From IMG/VR virus record IMGVR_UViG_2828164553_000001, positions 1 to 64,000 of that record: a stretch of 64,000 bases of DNA; one strand, 5' to 3'. This document shows positions 30,146-38,132 of this stretch, piece after piece; the first letter of the stretch is position 1; each line of letters starts with the position of its first letter. Below the pieces are notes generated by a model. That model did no database searches. It was not told the DNA's origin and saw only the letters and a list, made by a program, of their open reading frames with translations. Position numbers and translations under genes: made by a program. This DNA comes from a virus. Taxonomy: Duplodnaviria > Caudoviricetes.

Positions 30146-30222
30146 ATGGCGGGCGGTGCGTGGGGGCCGCGAGGCCCACCGGTTCCGTTTGTCCGGTACG
30201 CCAACCCGCACCGTCCGCCACC
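30146..30222 (+). ncRNA. C4/P4-CI-type antisense RNA
   Basis: 14-bp closing stem 30147-30160/30207-30220 with two internal hairpins; loops CCGTTTGT and ACGCCAA complement targets upstream (30047-30068) and downstream (30227-30263). Confidence 0.85.
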
Positions 30223-30270
30223 CCGATTGGCGTCGGGGCGGCGGACTCCAAATTACAAACGGAGTCCTGC

Positions 30271-30489
30271 ATGTCCTACGACGCTCAAGAAGCGCCGGCA
30301 AATGCCGCGCGTCAGATCGCCCACTACTTCGGCCTGATCGCCGACACCCTCGACTGGAATCACACCGCCTGGCTCGCCCTGCAGGCGAAGCTGCAGGCCA
30401 CTGGCAAAGCGCCCGAGGCGCTGACCTTGGCCGACGTTGAGGCCGCCATTTCCGGCATCAATGTCGATCTGGCCGAGGTGCGCCAGTGA
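30271..30489 (+). CDS. Small protein downstream of the C4 RNA
   Basis: GGAG RBS inside the C4 target hairpin. Confidence 0.7.
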   Translation: MSYDAQEAPANAARQIAHYFGLIADTLDWNHTAWLALQAKLQATGKAPEALTLADVEAAISGINVDLAEVRQ

Positions 30490-30773
30490 GCCGGCGCGAC
30501 ATGCATAGGACGCTGCGCGTGGCCCCCGGCGTTTACCTGCTTCTGCAAATCCGGAATACCGACGTGCTGGCCGAACTGTACGCAGATGGCCTGCATGATC
30601 GCGCGCCGGTCATGTTCGCCTGCAGCGCAATTGAAGACGCATGCGAGTTGTTCCCCATCGACGACGGCAACGGCTTGGTCATCGGCTCGTTGCACGTGGT
30701 TATGCCGGAAGCCGAGGCCACCGCCCTGCAGGAATGGGTGATCGAGCGCATGCCCGCATTGGAGGTGGCTTGA
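30486..30773 (+). CDS. Hypothetical protein
   Basis: GTGA coupling. Confidence 0.6.
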   Translation: MSRRDMHRTLRVAPGVYLLLQIRNTDVLAELYADGLHDRAPVMFACSAIEDACELFPIDDGNGLVIGSLHVVMPEAEATALQEWVIERMPALEVA

Positions 30774-31045
30774 TGGACGCCGCTCGCCCACACGCACAGC
30801 TGCCGGAAGACGCTGATTTCTCGATCAGCGAAGAAGAGCAATACCGCCTCTGGCGCGCGTACCACGCGGCCGCATTGCTTGCTGCGCTGACCAACGATAT
30901 CGCGATCGAAGCAGGCATCAATCACGACGGACCAGCAGCAGTGGCCGAGTACATCCGCCACGAGCTGCTGGATGTCCTCAATGGCGCACAGCGCATGCGC
31001 GAGCCTGACCCCAGCAATCCGCCATCTGGCGTCGACCTGATCTAA
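30773..31045 (+). CDS. Hypothetical protein (XAC0095-like)
   Basis: GGAGG RBS, TGATG coupling; family resemblance from memory. Confidence 0.6.
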   Translation: MDAARPHAQLPEDADFSISEEEQYRLWRAYHAAALLAALTNDIAIEAGINHDGPAAVAEYIRHELLDVLNGAQRMREPDPSNPPSGVDLI

Positions 31046-31120
31046 CCCGTTTCAGCGGGCCGGCGGGCGGTGCTGGAACACCGCCCCAAGGCCCTCCACC
31101 AACGCAACCTTGGAGTCGAT

Positions 31121-31546
31121 ATGCAACAGCAAACTGGAACACGTCCAGCCGCGGCAGCACGTTCGCGGGCTTTGGGCACCGGACCTAACGCGGAGGCTAG
31201 CACGCCGGCCGTCGTCTCCTATGATCGCAGCATGGGCGACTGCTCAGCGACCATCACCATGCACGTCACACATGGTGCGGTCGTGGTCACTGCCGTCCTG
31301 AACATGGGACCGCTTCGCCAGGTGCGTCAGTCCTGGGAGCCGCGTCGCGGCACTGGTACTGGCTGGAAGCTCATTGACGGGCCCCGCCTGTGGACCACGG
31401 CTGAAGACCGCATCAGCACGGAGTTGGCCGAGTTCATGGACGGCCTGGACTTCCCCTTTGACCTGGCCAACATGTTGCCCCGCAGGCCGACTGCAGCTGC
31501 TGCGGCTGCGGTTACGCAGGCCGCACGAGAGGTGGCCCATGGTTGA
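31121..31546 (+). CDS. Hypothetical protein
   Basis: GGAG RBS. Confidence 0.6.
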   Translation: MQQQTGTRPAAAARSRALGTGPNAEASTPAVVSYDRSMGDCSATITMHVTHGAVVVTAVLNMGPLRQVRQSWEPRRGTGTGWKLIDGPRLWTTAEDRISTELAEFMDGLDFPFDLANMLPRRPTAAAAAAVTQAAREVAHG

Positions 31547-31721
31547 GTTGCTTGCCCTTGTCATGATCCTGGCGCCGGCGGCCGGTGGCGCGCTGGTCTA
31601 CAAGCTGTGGTCGACGCGCCGCCCGCGCCTCACCCAGACCGGCCTGGCTGTTGGACAGGTGCCGCAGCGCCTGCGTCGCCGCACCCGCATGGCTATGAGG
31701 CGGGAGGCTGCTCATGGCTGA
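31539..31721 (+). CDS. Small membrane protein
   Basis: GAGG RBS, N-terminal TM, basic tail. Confidence 0.55.
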   Translation: MVELLALVMILAPAAGGALVYKLWSTRRPRLTQTGLAVGQVPQRLRRRTRMAMRREAAHG

Positions 31722-31986
31722 GTCGGTCATTCTTCTCGGCCCGCAGGGCAGCTGTAAATCGCTCAACGCCGAGGCTCTGTGTCAAAAGTTCGGCCTGCAG
31801 GAGGTCATCGAGCTGGACGATCTGTTGTTCGCGTTCCGGGCTGATCGCCTGGAGTCTTCCGGGCAGCTGATCCTGACCTGCAACGAGCAGCAGGCCCGCA
31901 CCTGGTCGGTGCGCTGGGGCTTGCGCCTCATGCGTGTCGAGGAAGCACGTGCCCAGCTTGGCGCCGCGTGGAGGACGCGGCCATGA
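31714..31986 (+). CDS. Small P-loop-like hypothetical protein
   Basis: VILLGPQGSCKS; GGAGG RBS. Confidence 0.6.
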   Translation: MAESVILLGPQGSCKSLNAEALCQKFGLQEVIELDDLLFAFRADRLESSGQLILTCNEQQARTWSVRWGLRLMRVEEARAQLGAAWRTRP

Positions 31987-32207
31987 ATCTGCAGCGCACA
32001 ATCGAGATTGCGCGCGCCGCAGCGCGCTTGGGAGAGCCTGGCCCCTTGTCCACCGGAGAGGCGCTCACTGCCGCTCTGGTGCTGAATCGCCACGACTGGC
32101 TGGCCGAGATGGACCACACCATTGCCGAGGCGCTGGACCGGATCGACTCCGACACCGTGCAGCATCTGCGGGATGCCGAGCGCGCATTGCGCCAGGAGGG
32201 GCCATGA
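31983..32207 (+). CDS. Hypothetical protein
   Basis: GGAGG RBS, ATGA coupling. Confidence 0.6.
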   Translation: MNLQRTIEIARAAARLGEPGPLSTGEALTAALVLNRHDWLAEMDHTIAEALDRIDSDTVQHLRDAERALRQEGP

Positions 32208-32476
32208 CGCAACGTCAGGTCAACCACGATAGTCCTTTGCCACCCTGCACGAACGGGCACTTGGCTCGCCATATGCTCGACGCCCGCCGCCCCGAGGCGG
32301 GCGGGGGGCACTTTATCGAATGTGTGTGTGGGCGCACACAAAAGCACCCCAGCTTCGAGTTGGCCATGACCGAATGGCGGCGTGCTCATCGCATCCGCCC
32401 CCCTCGCCAGCCACGTCCCTGCGCACAGAACGTCGTGCAGCTCGGCCTGCGCTTCACCGGCACGCGTCAACGATGA
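32204..32476 (+). CDS. Hypothetical Cys/His protein
   Basis: CTNGH...ECVC; AGGAGG RBS. Confidence 0.6.
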   Translation: MTQRQVNHDSPLPPCTNGHLARHMLDARRPEAGGGHFIECVCGRTQKHPSFELAMTEWRRAHRIRPPRQPRPCAQNVVQLGLRFTGTRQR

Positions 32477-32682
32477 TCGAGGGCGCAAACATGGAAGGGT
32501 TTCGCAGGGCTTGCGAGGCGCGCCACTGGCTAAGGCAGGGCTACGTGGACGCGGTCAGGGTGCGAGAACTGAGGCTCCGCATAGCCGCCCAGCGCGGCTA
32601 TGCGGCTGCTGACTTGCTCGTGGAGGAAATGCGCGAGCAATGGCGGCACAGGCGGCAGTGGATCAAGGGGAACGGCGCGTGA
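32473..32682 (+). CDS. Hypothetical protein
   Basis: CEARHWLRQGY; coupled to neighbours. Confidence 0.55.
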   Translation: MIEGANMEGFRRACEARHWLRQGYVDAVRVRELRLRIAAQRGYAAADLLVEEMREQWRHRRQWIKGNGA

Positions 32683-32900
32683 GCAGTCCGGTCATCACGT
32701 TCGAGGACCTGCGTCGCCTCTGCGCGCCGGCCGGTCCTGCCCCACGCGCATCGACGGTAGTGCGTTGGGCACGCGATCAAGGCATTCGCTACAGATACGA
32801 CGGTCGCGGCGGCATTTGGACAACTGTGGACGCACTCAACGCTGCGCTTGGCCTGCATAGCGCTCAGGGAGATACGACAAATACCATGGAGCTGATCTGA
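32679..32900 (+). CDS. Putative excisionase-like protein
   Basis: Small protein (RWARDQGIRY) coupled to int. Confidence 0.55.
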   Translation: MSSPVITFEDLRRLCAPAGPAPRASTVVRWARDQGIRYRYDGRGGIWTTVDALNAALGLHSAQGDTTNTMELI

Positions 32901-34087
32901 TGGGACGCGGTAGAAAACGGAAGTTCAACCCAGATATTCCGGCGCATATTGACCAGGCAGCACTCCCGAAGGGCATTTATTGGGAAGACAATCGCTGGTA
33001 TCTCTTAGAAGCTCATCCGGAGGGGGGCCGTCCGCGAAAGCGGACGGTCGCCCACGCTGATATCCGGCTTTCTGAACTCCACAGCATTGCTGAAGCCGCC
33101 GCGGGCAATGAGGTCCGAGGCACATTGGCTTACCTCGCGGAACGCTTCGAGGCGTCCACGGAATTTGCAGAGCTGTCCAGGGACACGCAACGGGATTACC
33201 GATGGTGCGCGGAGATAGCGACTGCATATGTGCTCAAGGATGGTTCGCTGCTCGGCAAGATGCAGATTGCGCGCATCAATGTGCCGGCGATGCAGCGCCT
33301 GGTCGAGACCCTAGCGGGAGGTCGGCCAGCAACCAAACTGCAGCCGGCAATCGAGCCGCGCCCGAGCAAAGCCAACCATGTGTTGCGGTACCTGCGCCGC
33401 ACTTTCGGGTGGGGCATTCGTATGGGCCTATGCGAGCACAACCCTGCCAAGGGTGTCCGCCAAGCGAAGGAGCGCGGCGAGCACAACATGCCCGAATCCG
33501 ATGTATTCGCCAGCGTGCTGACCTTCGCGCGCGAACGCGGCAGCCTCAAGGCCCACACACGTGGCAGCGTACCGCCCTACCTCCACGCGGTGATGTTGCT
33601 CGCCTACAACGTGCGCCTGCGCGGTATTGAGGTCACAGATCTAACTGATGCGCACGCGGAGGCTGAGGGCATACGGAGCAGTCGGCGCAAAGGCTCACGT
33701 GACACGGTTACTGCCTGGAACGATGACCTGCGCCACGCCTGGGCCTGGTTGGCGGCCTATCGGCAACGAACCATGAACGCCCATGGGCGCCCTGTGCACA
33801 TGAAACCGGGGCAGCGCCGGCTTCTGGTGAATCAGTCGGGCACCCCCTTAAGCAAGTCAGCGCTCGACAGTGCTTGGCAACGAATGATCTCGCTCGCCAT
33901 CAGGGATAGGGTCATCACAGCTGAACAGCGATTCAGCTTGCATGGACTGAAGCATCGTGGCATCACCGATACCGCAGGCACCCGCGCAGACAAGCAGGAG
34001 GCGGCCGGACACGCGACGCAACAAATGACCAACAGATACGCCCACGATGTGCCGCTCGTCCAACCCCCTCACCGCAAACCTAACTGA
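32900..34087 (+). CDS. int: Tyrosine integrase
   Basis: RLRGIEV (R), HGLKH, GH, RY catalytic motifs; adjacent to tRNA. Confidence 0.93.
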   Translation: MGRGRKRKFNPDIPAHIDQAALPKGIYWEDNRWYLLEAHPEGGRPRKRTVAHADIRLSELHSIAEAAAGNEVRGTLAYLAERFEASTEFAELSRDTQRDYRWCAEIATAYVLKDGSLLGKMQIARINVPAMQRLVETLAGGRPATKLQPAIEPRPSKANHVLRYLRRTFGWGIRMGLCEHNPAKGVRQAKERGEHNMPESDVFASVLTFARERGSLKAHTRGSVPPYLHAVMLLAYNVRLRGIEVTDLTDAHAEAEGIRSSRRKGSRDTVTAWNDDLRHAWAWLAAYRQRTMNAHGRPVHMKPGQRRLLVNQSGTPLSKSALDSAWQRMISLAIRDRVITAEQRFSLHGLKHRGITDTAGTRADKQEAAGHATQQMTNRYAHDVPLVQPPHRKPN

Positions 34088-34090
34088 CCA

Positions 34091-34429
34091 TCATTTAGTG
34101 CGATAAAGGCTGTCGAGGGGTAAGGCATCAAGCCCCTCTTCACCACACATCGACTTGTAAATCGCGTAGCACTGAGCAATTTTGCTCTTCACGAGTGGGG
34201 AGTCACGTTGGTCCAGTAGAGCGACAGCGTGGCCATCCTCATCCTGAACGCCTGTGCCGGACCGCCCAATGTCATCCCAGTCTTGCTGGTTCTCGACTTC
34301 TAATTCGGTGGCTCTTGTTCGGGTACTGCCGTTGAGAGCAACGGAGCAAGCAGCTGAAAAAAGCTTCTGATGCTCTACGAGCTCCTTGTACCCCTCTTCC
34401 TGCTCACCTATGCGAAAGTCACTCGTCAT
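34091..34429 (-). CDS. Hypothetical acidic cargo protein between int and att
   Basis: GGGAGG RBS before ATG 34429; lower GC. Confidence 0.6.
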   Translation of the reverse strand: MTSDFRIGEQEEGYKELVEHQKLFSAACSVALNGSTRTRATELEVENQQDWDDIGRSGTGVQDEDGHAVALLDQRDSPLVKSKIAQCYAIYKSMCGEEGLDALPLDSLYRTK

Positions 34430-34480
34430 AACAACTGCCTCCCGTGTAGTGACGTAATTTCCCGGCAATTTTCCCGCCAC

Positions 34481-34517
34481 AAAGAAAAACAGCCACTTCG
34501 CTTGCGCTAAGTGGCTG
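34481..34517 (-). terminator. Terminator downstream of tRNA-Lys
   Basis: CAGCCACTT/AAGTGGCTG stem followed by a T-run on the minus strand. Confidence 0.75.
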
Positions 34518-34524
34518 CTTTAAT

Positions 34525-34600
34525 TGGTGGGCCGTCAAGGATTCGAACCTTGGACCTATTGATTAAGAGTCAACTGCTCTACCAACTGAGCTAACGGCCC
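34525..34600 (-). tRNA. tRNA-Lys(CTT)
   Basis: 76 nt: GGGCCGTTAGCTCAG...GACTCTTAATC...GGTTCGAATCC...CCCACCA. Confidence 0.97.
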
Positions 34601-34615
34601 TGAAACTGGTCGCAC

Positions 34616-34644
34616 ATTGTATGTGCATTTTTGCTTCGTTGCAA
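34616..34644 (-). promoter_or_regulatory. Sigma70 promoter of tRNA-Lys
   Basis: TTGCAA-N17-TACAAT on the minus strand. Confidence 0.75.
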
Positions 34645-34693
34645 CACCCCGTGACACATCGGGTCAAACATTCCTGCAATTGCTCGTCATCAG

Positions 34694-34741
34694 TGGGGTG
34701 GCTGAGGGGACTCGAACCCCCGACATCTGGAATCACAATCC
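34694..34741 (-). repeat. att core: 3' half of tRNA-His(GTG)
   Basis: GGATTGTGATTCCAGATGTCGGGGGTTCGAGTCCCCTCAGCCACCCCA; the tRNA 5' half is absent. Confidence 0.9.
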
Positions 34742-34778
34742 CGCCCTAGCCCGTAAGCATACAACGTTTTCTCGGATT

Positions 34779-34829
34779 TGTGACGCCGCGGGTGACGTAA
34801 AGATGACATCCGTGGCGTCACAGGTGACG
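34779..34829. repeat. Clustered RTGACR repeats, likely integrase arm-type sites
   Basis: GTGACG 34780, 34792, 34824; ATGACA 34803; inverted CGTCAC 34816. Confidence 0.6.
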
Positions 34830-34833
34830 CGCC

Positions 34834-34852
34834 AATTAGTCGGGGCTATAGA
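34834..34852 (+). promoter_or_regulatory. Candidate phage-RNAP promoter (left-end copy)
   Basis: AATTAGTCGGGGCTATA/GA, 17 of 19 nt identical to 47833-47851. Confidence 0.65.
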
Positions 34853-34907
34853 CCAAACGAACTCTAAGTGGGGAGGAAGCACTCCTCCCCTCTACGCCAA
34901 GACAGTT

Positions 34908-34923
34908 ATCCCACATATGGGAT
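34908..34923. promoter_or_regulatory. Palindromic operator-like site 1
   Basis: ATCCCACATATGGGAT; recurs at 37526 with one mismatch. Confidence 0.7.
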
Positions 34924-35030
34924 ATGATCCGACCTCACTATAGAGGAGCCACTTATAGCTCTCTTCCAGTCCTACCGGAGATGCGCTTCAAGTGACATTT
35001 CCGGCCGTGCCGGTTTCAACTGTTCAGCCA

Positions 35031-35065
35031 ATACCTCCGCCTTCGGGCGGGGGCGTTTTTCGTTT
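35031..35065 (+). terminator. Intrinsic terminator upstream of the RNAP gene
   Basis: CCTCCGCC-TTCG-GGCGGGGG then CGTTTTTCGTTT. Confidence 0.75.
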
Positions 35066-35101
35066 GCCCATTCAATCTCAACTTCGGGACGCATTCCTAA
35101 T

Positions 35102-37522
35102 ATGCAATCTACCGCCCAGACGCTCCATGACCGCCAGCTCCAGCTGGAGTCCGAATCAACCTCCCTCGGCATTGCCCGCTACGAGAAGGCCCGCGCCAAT
35201 TCCGACGAGGCTGACACCGGCCCCGGCAAGAAGCTGGTCATGCAGGCGGTCGCGGCCACCGGCCAAGCCATCCGTGAGTTTGTCGAGAAGGCCAAACAGG
35301 GCGGCGGTGGCCGGAGACACACGGCGGTGAAGTGGCTGGAGCATCTCGACCCCGAGGGCTGCGCCTACCTAACTGCAGTGGTATGCGTGAACGCCCTGGC
35401 TGGTGAGCAGGCCAAGTTGACCGCCGTTGCGCGCTCTGTCGGCTCTGCCATCGCACAGGACGTGAACTACAAGAAGCTGCGGGACAACCACGCAGGCCTC
35501 TATCGAGTAATCCAGCAGCAGCTCAAGAAATCCACCTCCGCGCATCACTCGACCGGAGTGATGAACCACGCCCTCGCCAAGACCGAAACCGAAATGTTCG
35601 TGTTCACGCCGGACGAAGAGGCTCTGGTCGGCATGAAGCTGATCGACCTCTTCATCGAGGCGTCTGGACTGGCCGAAATCATCCTGACCAGACCCCGCCA
35701 GAACCAAACCGTCGCGATCCTGCAGGGCACCGCAGCGATCCGCGAGTGGCTCGCCAAGGCACACGAGAGCGCCTCGATGTTCCTGCCCGTGTGGATGCCC
35801 ATGCTGGTCCCACCCAAGGACTGGACGACACCCCGCGACGGCGGCTACCTCACCGACATCGGCGGGAGAGCGGACCTCGTGCGTACGCGCAACCGCGCCT
35901 ACAAGCGGGAGCTGGAGCAGGCCGACATGCCCAACGTCTACCGGGCGGTCAACCTCATCCAATCCACCCCCTGGAAAATCAACAAACCAATCCTGGAGGT
36001 GATGCAGGACGCATGGGCCGTGGGCGGCGGCTTTGCTGACCTTCCCGACCGCGACCTCTTGGAACTTCCAGAGCAGCCCGCCTTGCTGGTCAGCGATCCC
36101 GAGTTCTACAAGGAGCACCATGCCGATGAATTCAAGGCATGGAAGCGCAGCCGCGCCGAGGTCTACGAGGAGAACGCCCGCGGCACCTCCCGCCGCCTTT
36201 CGGCTGCACAGAAGATCGCTCTGGCCGAAAAGTTCAAAGACGAGGCGGCAATCTATTTCCCGCACAACCTGGACTTCCGCGGGCGTGTGTACCCTATTCC
36301 CTCAATCCTTACCCCACAGGGCGACGACCAAGCCAAGGCTCTGCTGACCCTGGCTGAAGGCGTGCCGCTGGGAGAGGATGGCGCGTTCTGGTTGGCAGTC
36401 CATGTCGCCAACTGCTTTGGCGTCGATAAGGTCGCCTTCGCAGAGCGCGTGTCCTGGGTGAGAGCAAATGAGGAGATGATCCTCGACTCCGCGCTTAACC
36501 CGCTCGACGGCCAGCGGGCCTGGTCCAATGCCGATTCGCCCTTTTGCGCCCTCGCCGCTTGCTTCGAGTGGCTGGGCTACTCAATCAACGGTAACGAGCA
36601 CATGTCACACCTGCCGGTCGCCCTGGACGGCTCTTGCAACGGCCTGCAGAACTTCTCGGCGATGCTCCGAGATTCCGTCGGCGGCGCAGCGACCAATCTT
36701 TTGCCGCAGGACAAGCCGGCCGACATCTACACAGCCGTGATGGACGTGGCCGCCGTGCGTGTAAGGGCAGAAGCAGAGGCAGGCAACGCTTGCGCTTTGT
36801 TCTGGGATGGCGCATTGACCCGCGGCATCGTCAAACAGCCGGTGATGACACTTCCTTACGGCGTCACCAAGTCCGGCATGCGCGGCCAAGTGCAGGCCAA
36901 CGCCAAAAAGGAGGGACTCTCGCCCTCCAACGAGCAGGCCGCTTACCTCGGCGACATTCTCTGGGACTGCATCGGCGAAGTCGTGGTGGCCGCGCGCCAA
37001 GCGATGGACTGGCTGAAGGAAGCATCGAAGGTCGCATCGGCGTCCGACCTCCCAATCGCGTGGACGACGCCGGCAGGCTTTCCTGTACTGCAGGAGTATC
37101 GGGAGGACCTCGGCAAGCGCGTCACGACGCACATCGGGGGAAAGCGCGTCGAATTAATCGTGGCTATGGACGGGAGCAAACTTGACCGCCGCCGCCAGGG
37201 TCTCGGCATCTCCCCCAACTTTGTTCACTCCTGTGATGCGAGCCACCTGATGCTGACCACCTGTCTCGCGTCAGACAACGGGATCACTAGCTTCGCGATG
37301 ATTCACGACTCCTACGGAATGCATGCCGGAAACACCGGAATCCTTGCCGCCTCGTTGCGTCACGCCTTTATTGAGCAGTACGAAAGCGACGTGCTGGGTA
37401 ACTTCAGAACCGAACTGGCCGAACAACTCCCGATAAAAAACGCTGCTGACCTTCCGAAGATTCCTCCCTTCGGTGACCTGGACCTCTCCGAAGTGTTGGA
37501 GAGCAGCTATTTCTTTGCCTAA
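35102..37522 (+). CDS. Single-subunit T7-like RNA polymerase
   Basis: DFRGRVY, DGSCNGLQ, R..VKQPVMTLPYG, PNFVHSCD, IHDSY, YFFA C-terminus. Confidence 0.98.
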   Translation: MQSTAQTLHDRQLQLESESTSLGIARYEKARANSDEADTGPGKKLVMQAVAATGQAIREFVEKAKQGGGGRRHTAVKWLEHLDPEGCAYLTAVVCVNALAGEQAKLTAVARSVGSAIAQDVNYKKLRDNHAGLYRVIQQQLKKSTSAHHSTGVMNHALAKTETEMFVFTPDEEALVGMKLIDLFIEASGLAEIILTRPRQNQTVAILQGTAAIREWLAKAHESASMFLPVWMPMLVPPKDWTTPRDGGYLTDIGGRADLVRTRNRAYKRELEQADMPNVYRAVNLIQSTPWKINKPILEVMQDAWAVGGGFADLPDRDLLELPEQPALLVSDPEFYKEHHADEFKAWKRSRAEVYEENARGTSRRLSAAQKIALAEKFKDEAAIYFPHNLDFRGRVYPIPSILTPQGDDQAKALLTLAEGVPLGEDGAFWLAVHVANCFGVDKVAFAERVSWVRANEEMILDSALNPLDGQRAWSNADSPFCALAACFEWLGYSINGNEHMSHLPVALDGSCNGLQNFSAMLRDSVGGAATNLLPQDKPADIYTAVMDVAAVRVRAEAEAGNACALFWDGALTRGIVKQPVMTLPYGVTKSGMRGQVQANAKKEGLSPSNEQAAYLGDILWDCIGEVVVAARQAMDWLKEASKVASASDLPIAWTTPAGFPVLQEYREDLGKRVTTHIGGKRVELIVAMDGSKLDRRRQGLGISPNFVHSCDASHLMLTTCLASDNGITSFAMIHDSYGMHAGNTGILAASLRHAFIEQYESDVLGNFRTELAEQLPIKNAADLPKIPPFGDLDLSEVLESSYFFA

Positions 37523-37525
37523 TAC

Positions 37526-37548
37526 ATCCCACATTTGGGATTAATCCC
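37526..37548. promoter_or_regulatory. Palindromic operator-like site 2 with an extra ATCCC half-site
   Basis: ATCCCACATTTGGGAT overlapping GGGATTAATCCC. Confidence 0.7.
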
Positions 37549-37564
37549 GAGAAAGGAACAAATC

Positions 37565-37699
37565 ATGAGCATCAATTTCAACGCAAGTCTCGGCACCTAC
37601 GTCGCACTGGATGCCTACGGCCAGGTCCTCGCGATCTACAGCCCGTCCGCTCACGGAACGGTCGAGGAGTTCCGCAACGAGATGGGCCGGGCTGAGTGA
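37565..37699 (+). CDS. 44-aa hypothetical protein (not in ORF track)
   Basis: AAAGGA RBS; MSINFNASLGTYVALDAYG...; GTGA-coupled to the next gene. Confidence 0.65.
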   Translation: MSINFNASLGTYVALDAYGQVLAIYSPSAHGTVEEFRNEMGRAE

Positions 37700-37986
37700 T
37701 CGAGCCTCGCCTCCGCTCGCACGTATTGCACTCCCGAAGCGCGCATGCAGCCTCCCGCGGCGCCTTCGCAGCACTCAGCGGCGTGCAAATGGTCGAGCAC
37801 CCCGCGGACCAGCTCATTGGGCTGGCCTGCGCTTTTCGATTCACCGCTGAGGAGTGCGGGTATGACCCGCTTTCACTCCTGGCACTCACCGAACGCATGG
37901 AAGCGGACTGCCGCTTCCGTGAACTCAACACCCTGTCGGCCGTCCGCAAGTACGCCCAGGAAGAACTGGCGAAGAAGCTCCCATGA
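37696..37986 (+). CDS. Hypothetical protein
   Basis: Coupled at both ends. Confidence 0.65.
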   Translation: MIEPRLRSHVLHSRSAHAASRGAFAALSGVQMVEHPADQLIGLACAFRFTAEECGYDPLSLLALTERMEADCRFRELNTLSAVRKYAQEELAKKLP

Positions 37987-38132
37987 CACGCGAAATCGAA
38001 CGGCTGCTGGAACAGGCCGCCTTGGAAAACGAACTGTATGGAGCGGTTTTCGCCTCCACCGATGCCCGCCTTATCGAAGCCGGCTACCTCCCCGAAGAAT
38101 CAGAATTCCATGACCCAGAAGAAAGCGAATAA
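37983..38132 (+). CDS. 49-aa acidic protein (not in ORF track)
   Basis: ATGA coupling; MTREIERLLEQ...HDPEESE. Confidence 0.55.
   Translation: MTREIERLLEQAALENELYGAVFASTDARLIEAGYLPEESEFHDPEESE

Larger units (their letters stand above)
1..34524. mobile_element. P2-like (phiCTX/Smp131-type) prophage integrated at the tRNA-Lys 3' end; left boundary off-window
   Basis: Full P2-type head, tail, lysis and regulatory gene set; tyrosine integrase next to the tRNA-Lys 3' end; no second tRNA-Lys fragment seen in the window. Confidence 0.93.

Noticed and set aside
29926-30270. Long ORFs spanning the C4 region
   Set aside because: The region is better explained as structured RNA, with the RBS-supported start at 30271; an Ash/Icd-like peptide is not excluded.
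31064-31087. GGGCGGTG-CTGGAA-CACCGCCC hairpin in the early operon
   Set aside because: No T-tract or second copy; function cannot be assigned.
34694-34741. Functional tRNA-His
   Set aside because: The 5' acceptor strand and D-arm are missing; treated as the att core.
34617-34943. 108-aa ORF across the att region
   Set aside because: It overlaps the tRNA promoter, tRNA-His fragment and regulatory repeats.
34926-34948. T7 expression-vector contamination
   Set aside because: Only CTCACTATAG matches; the RNAP and phi10-like leader are diverged and embedded in a coherent phage genome.
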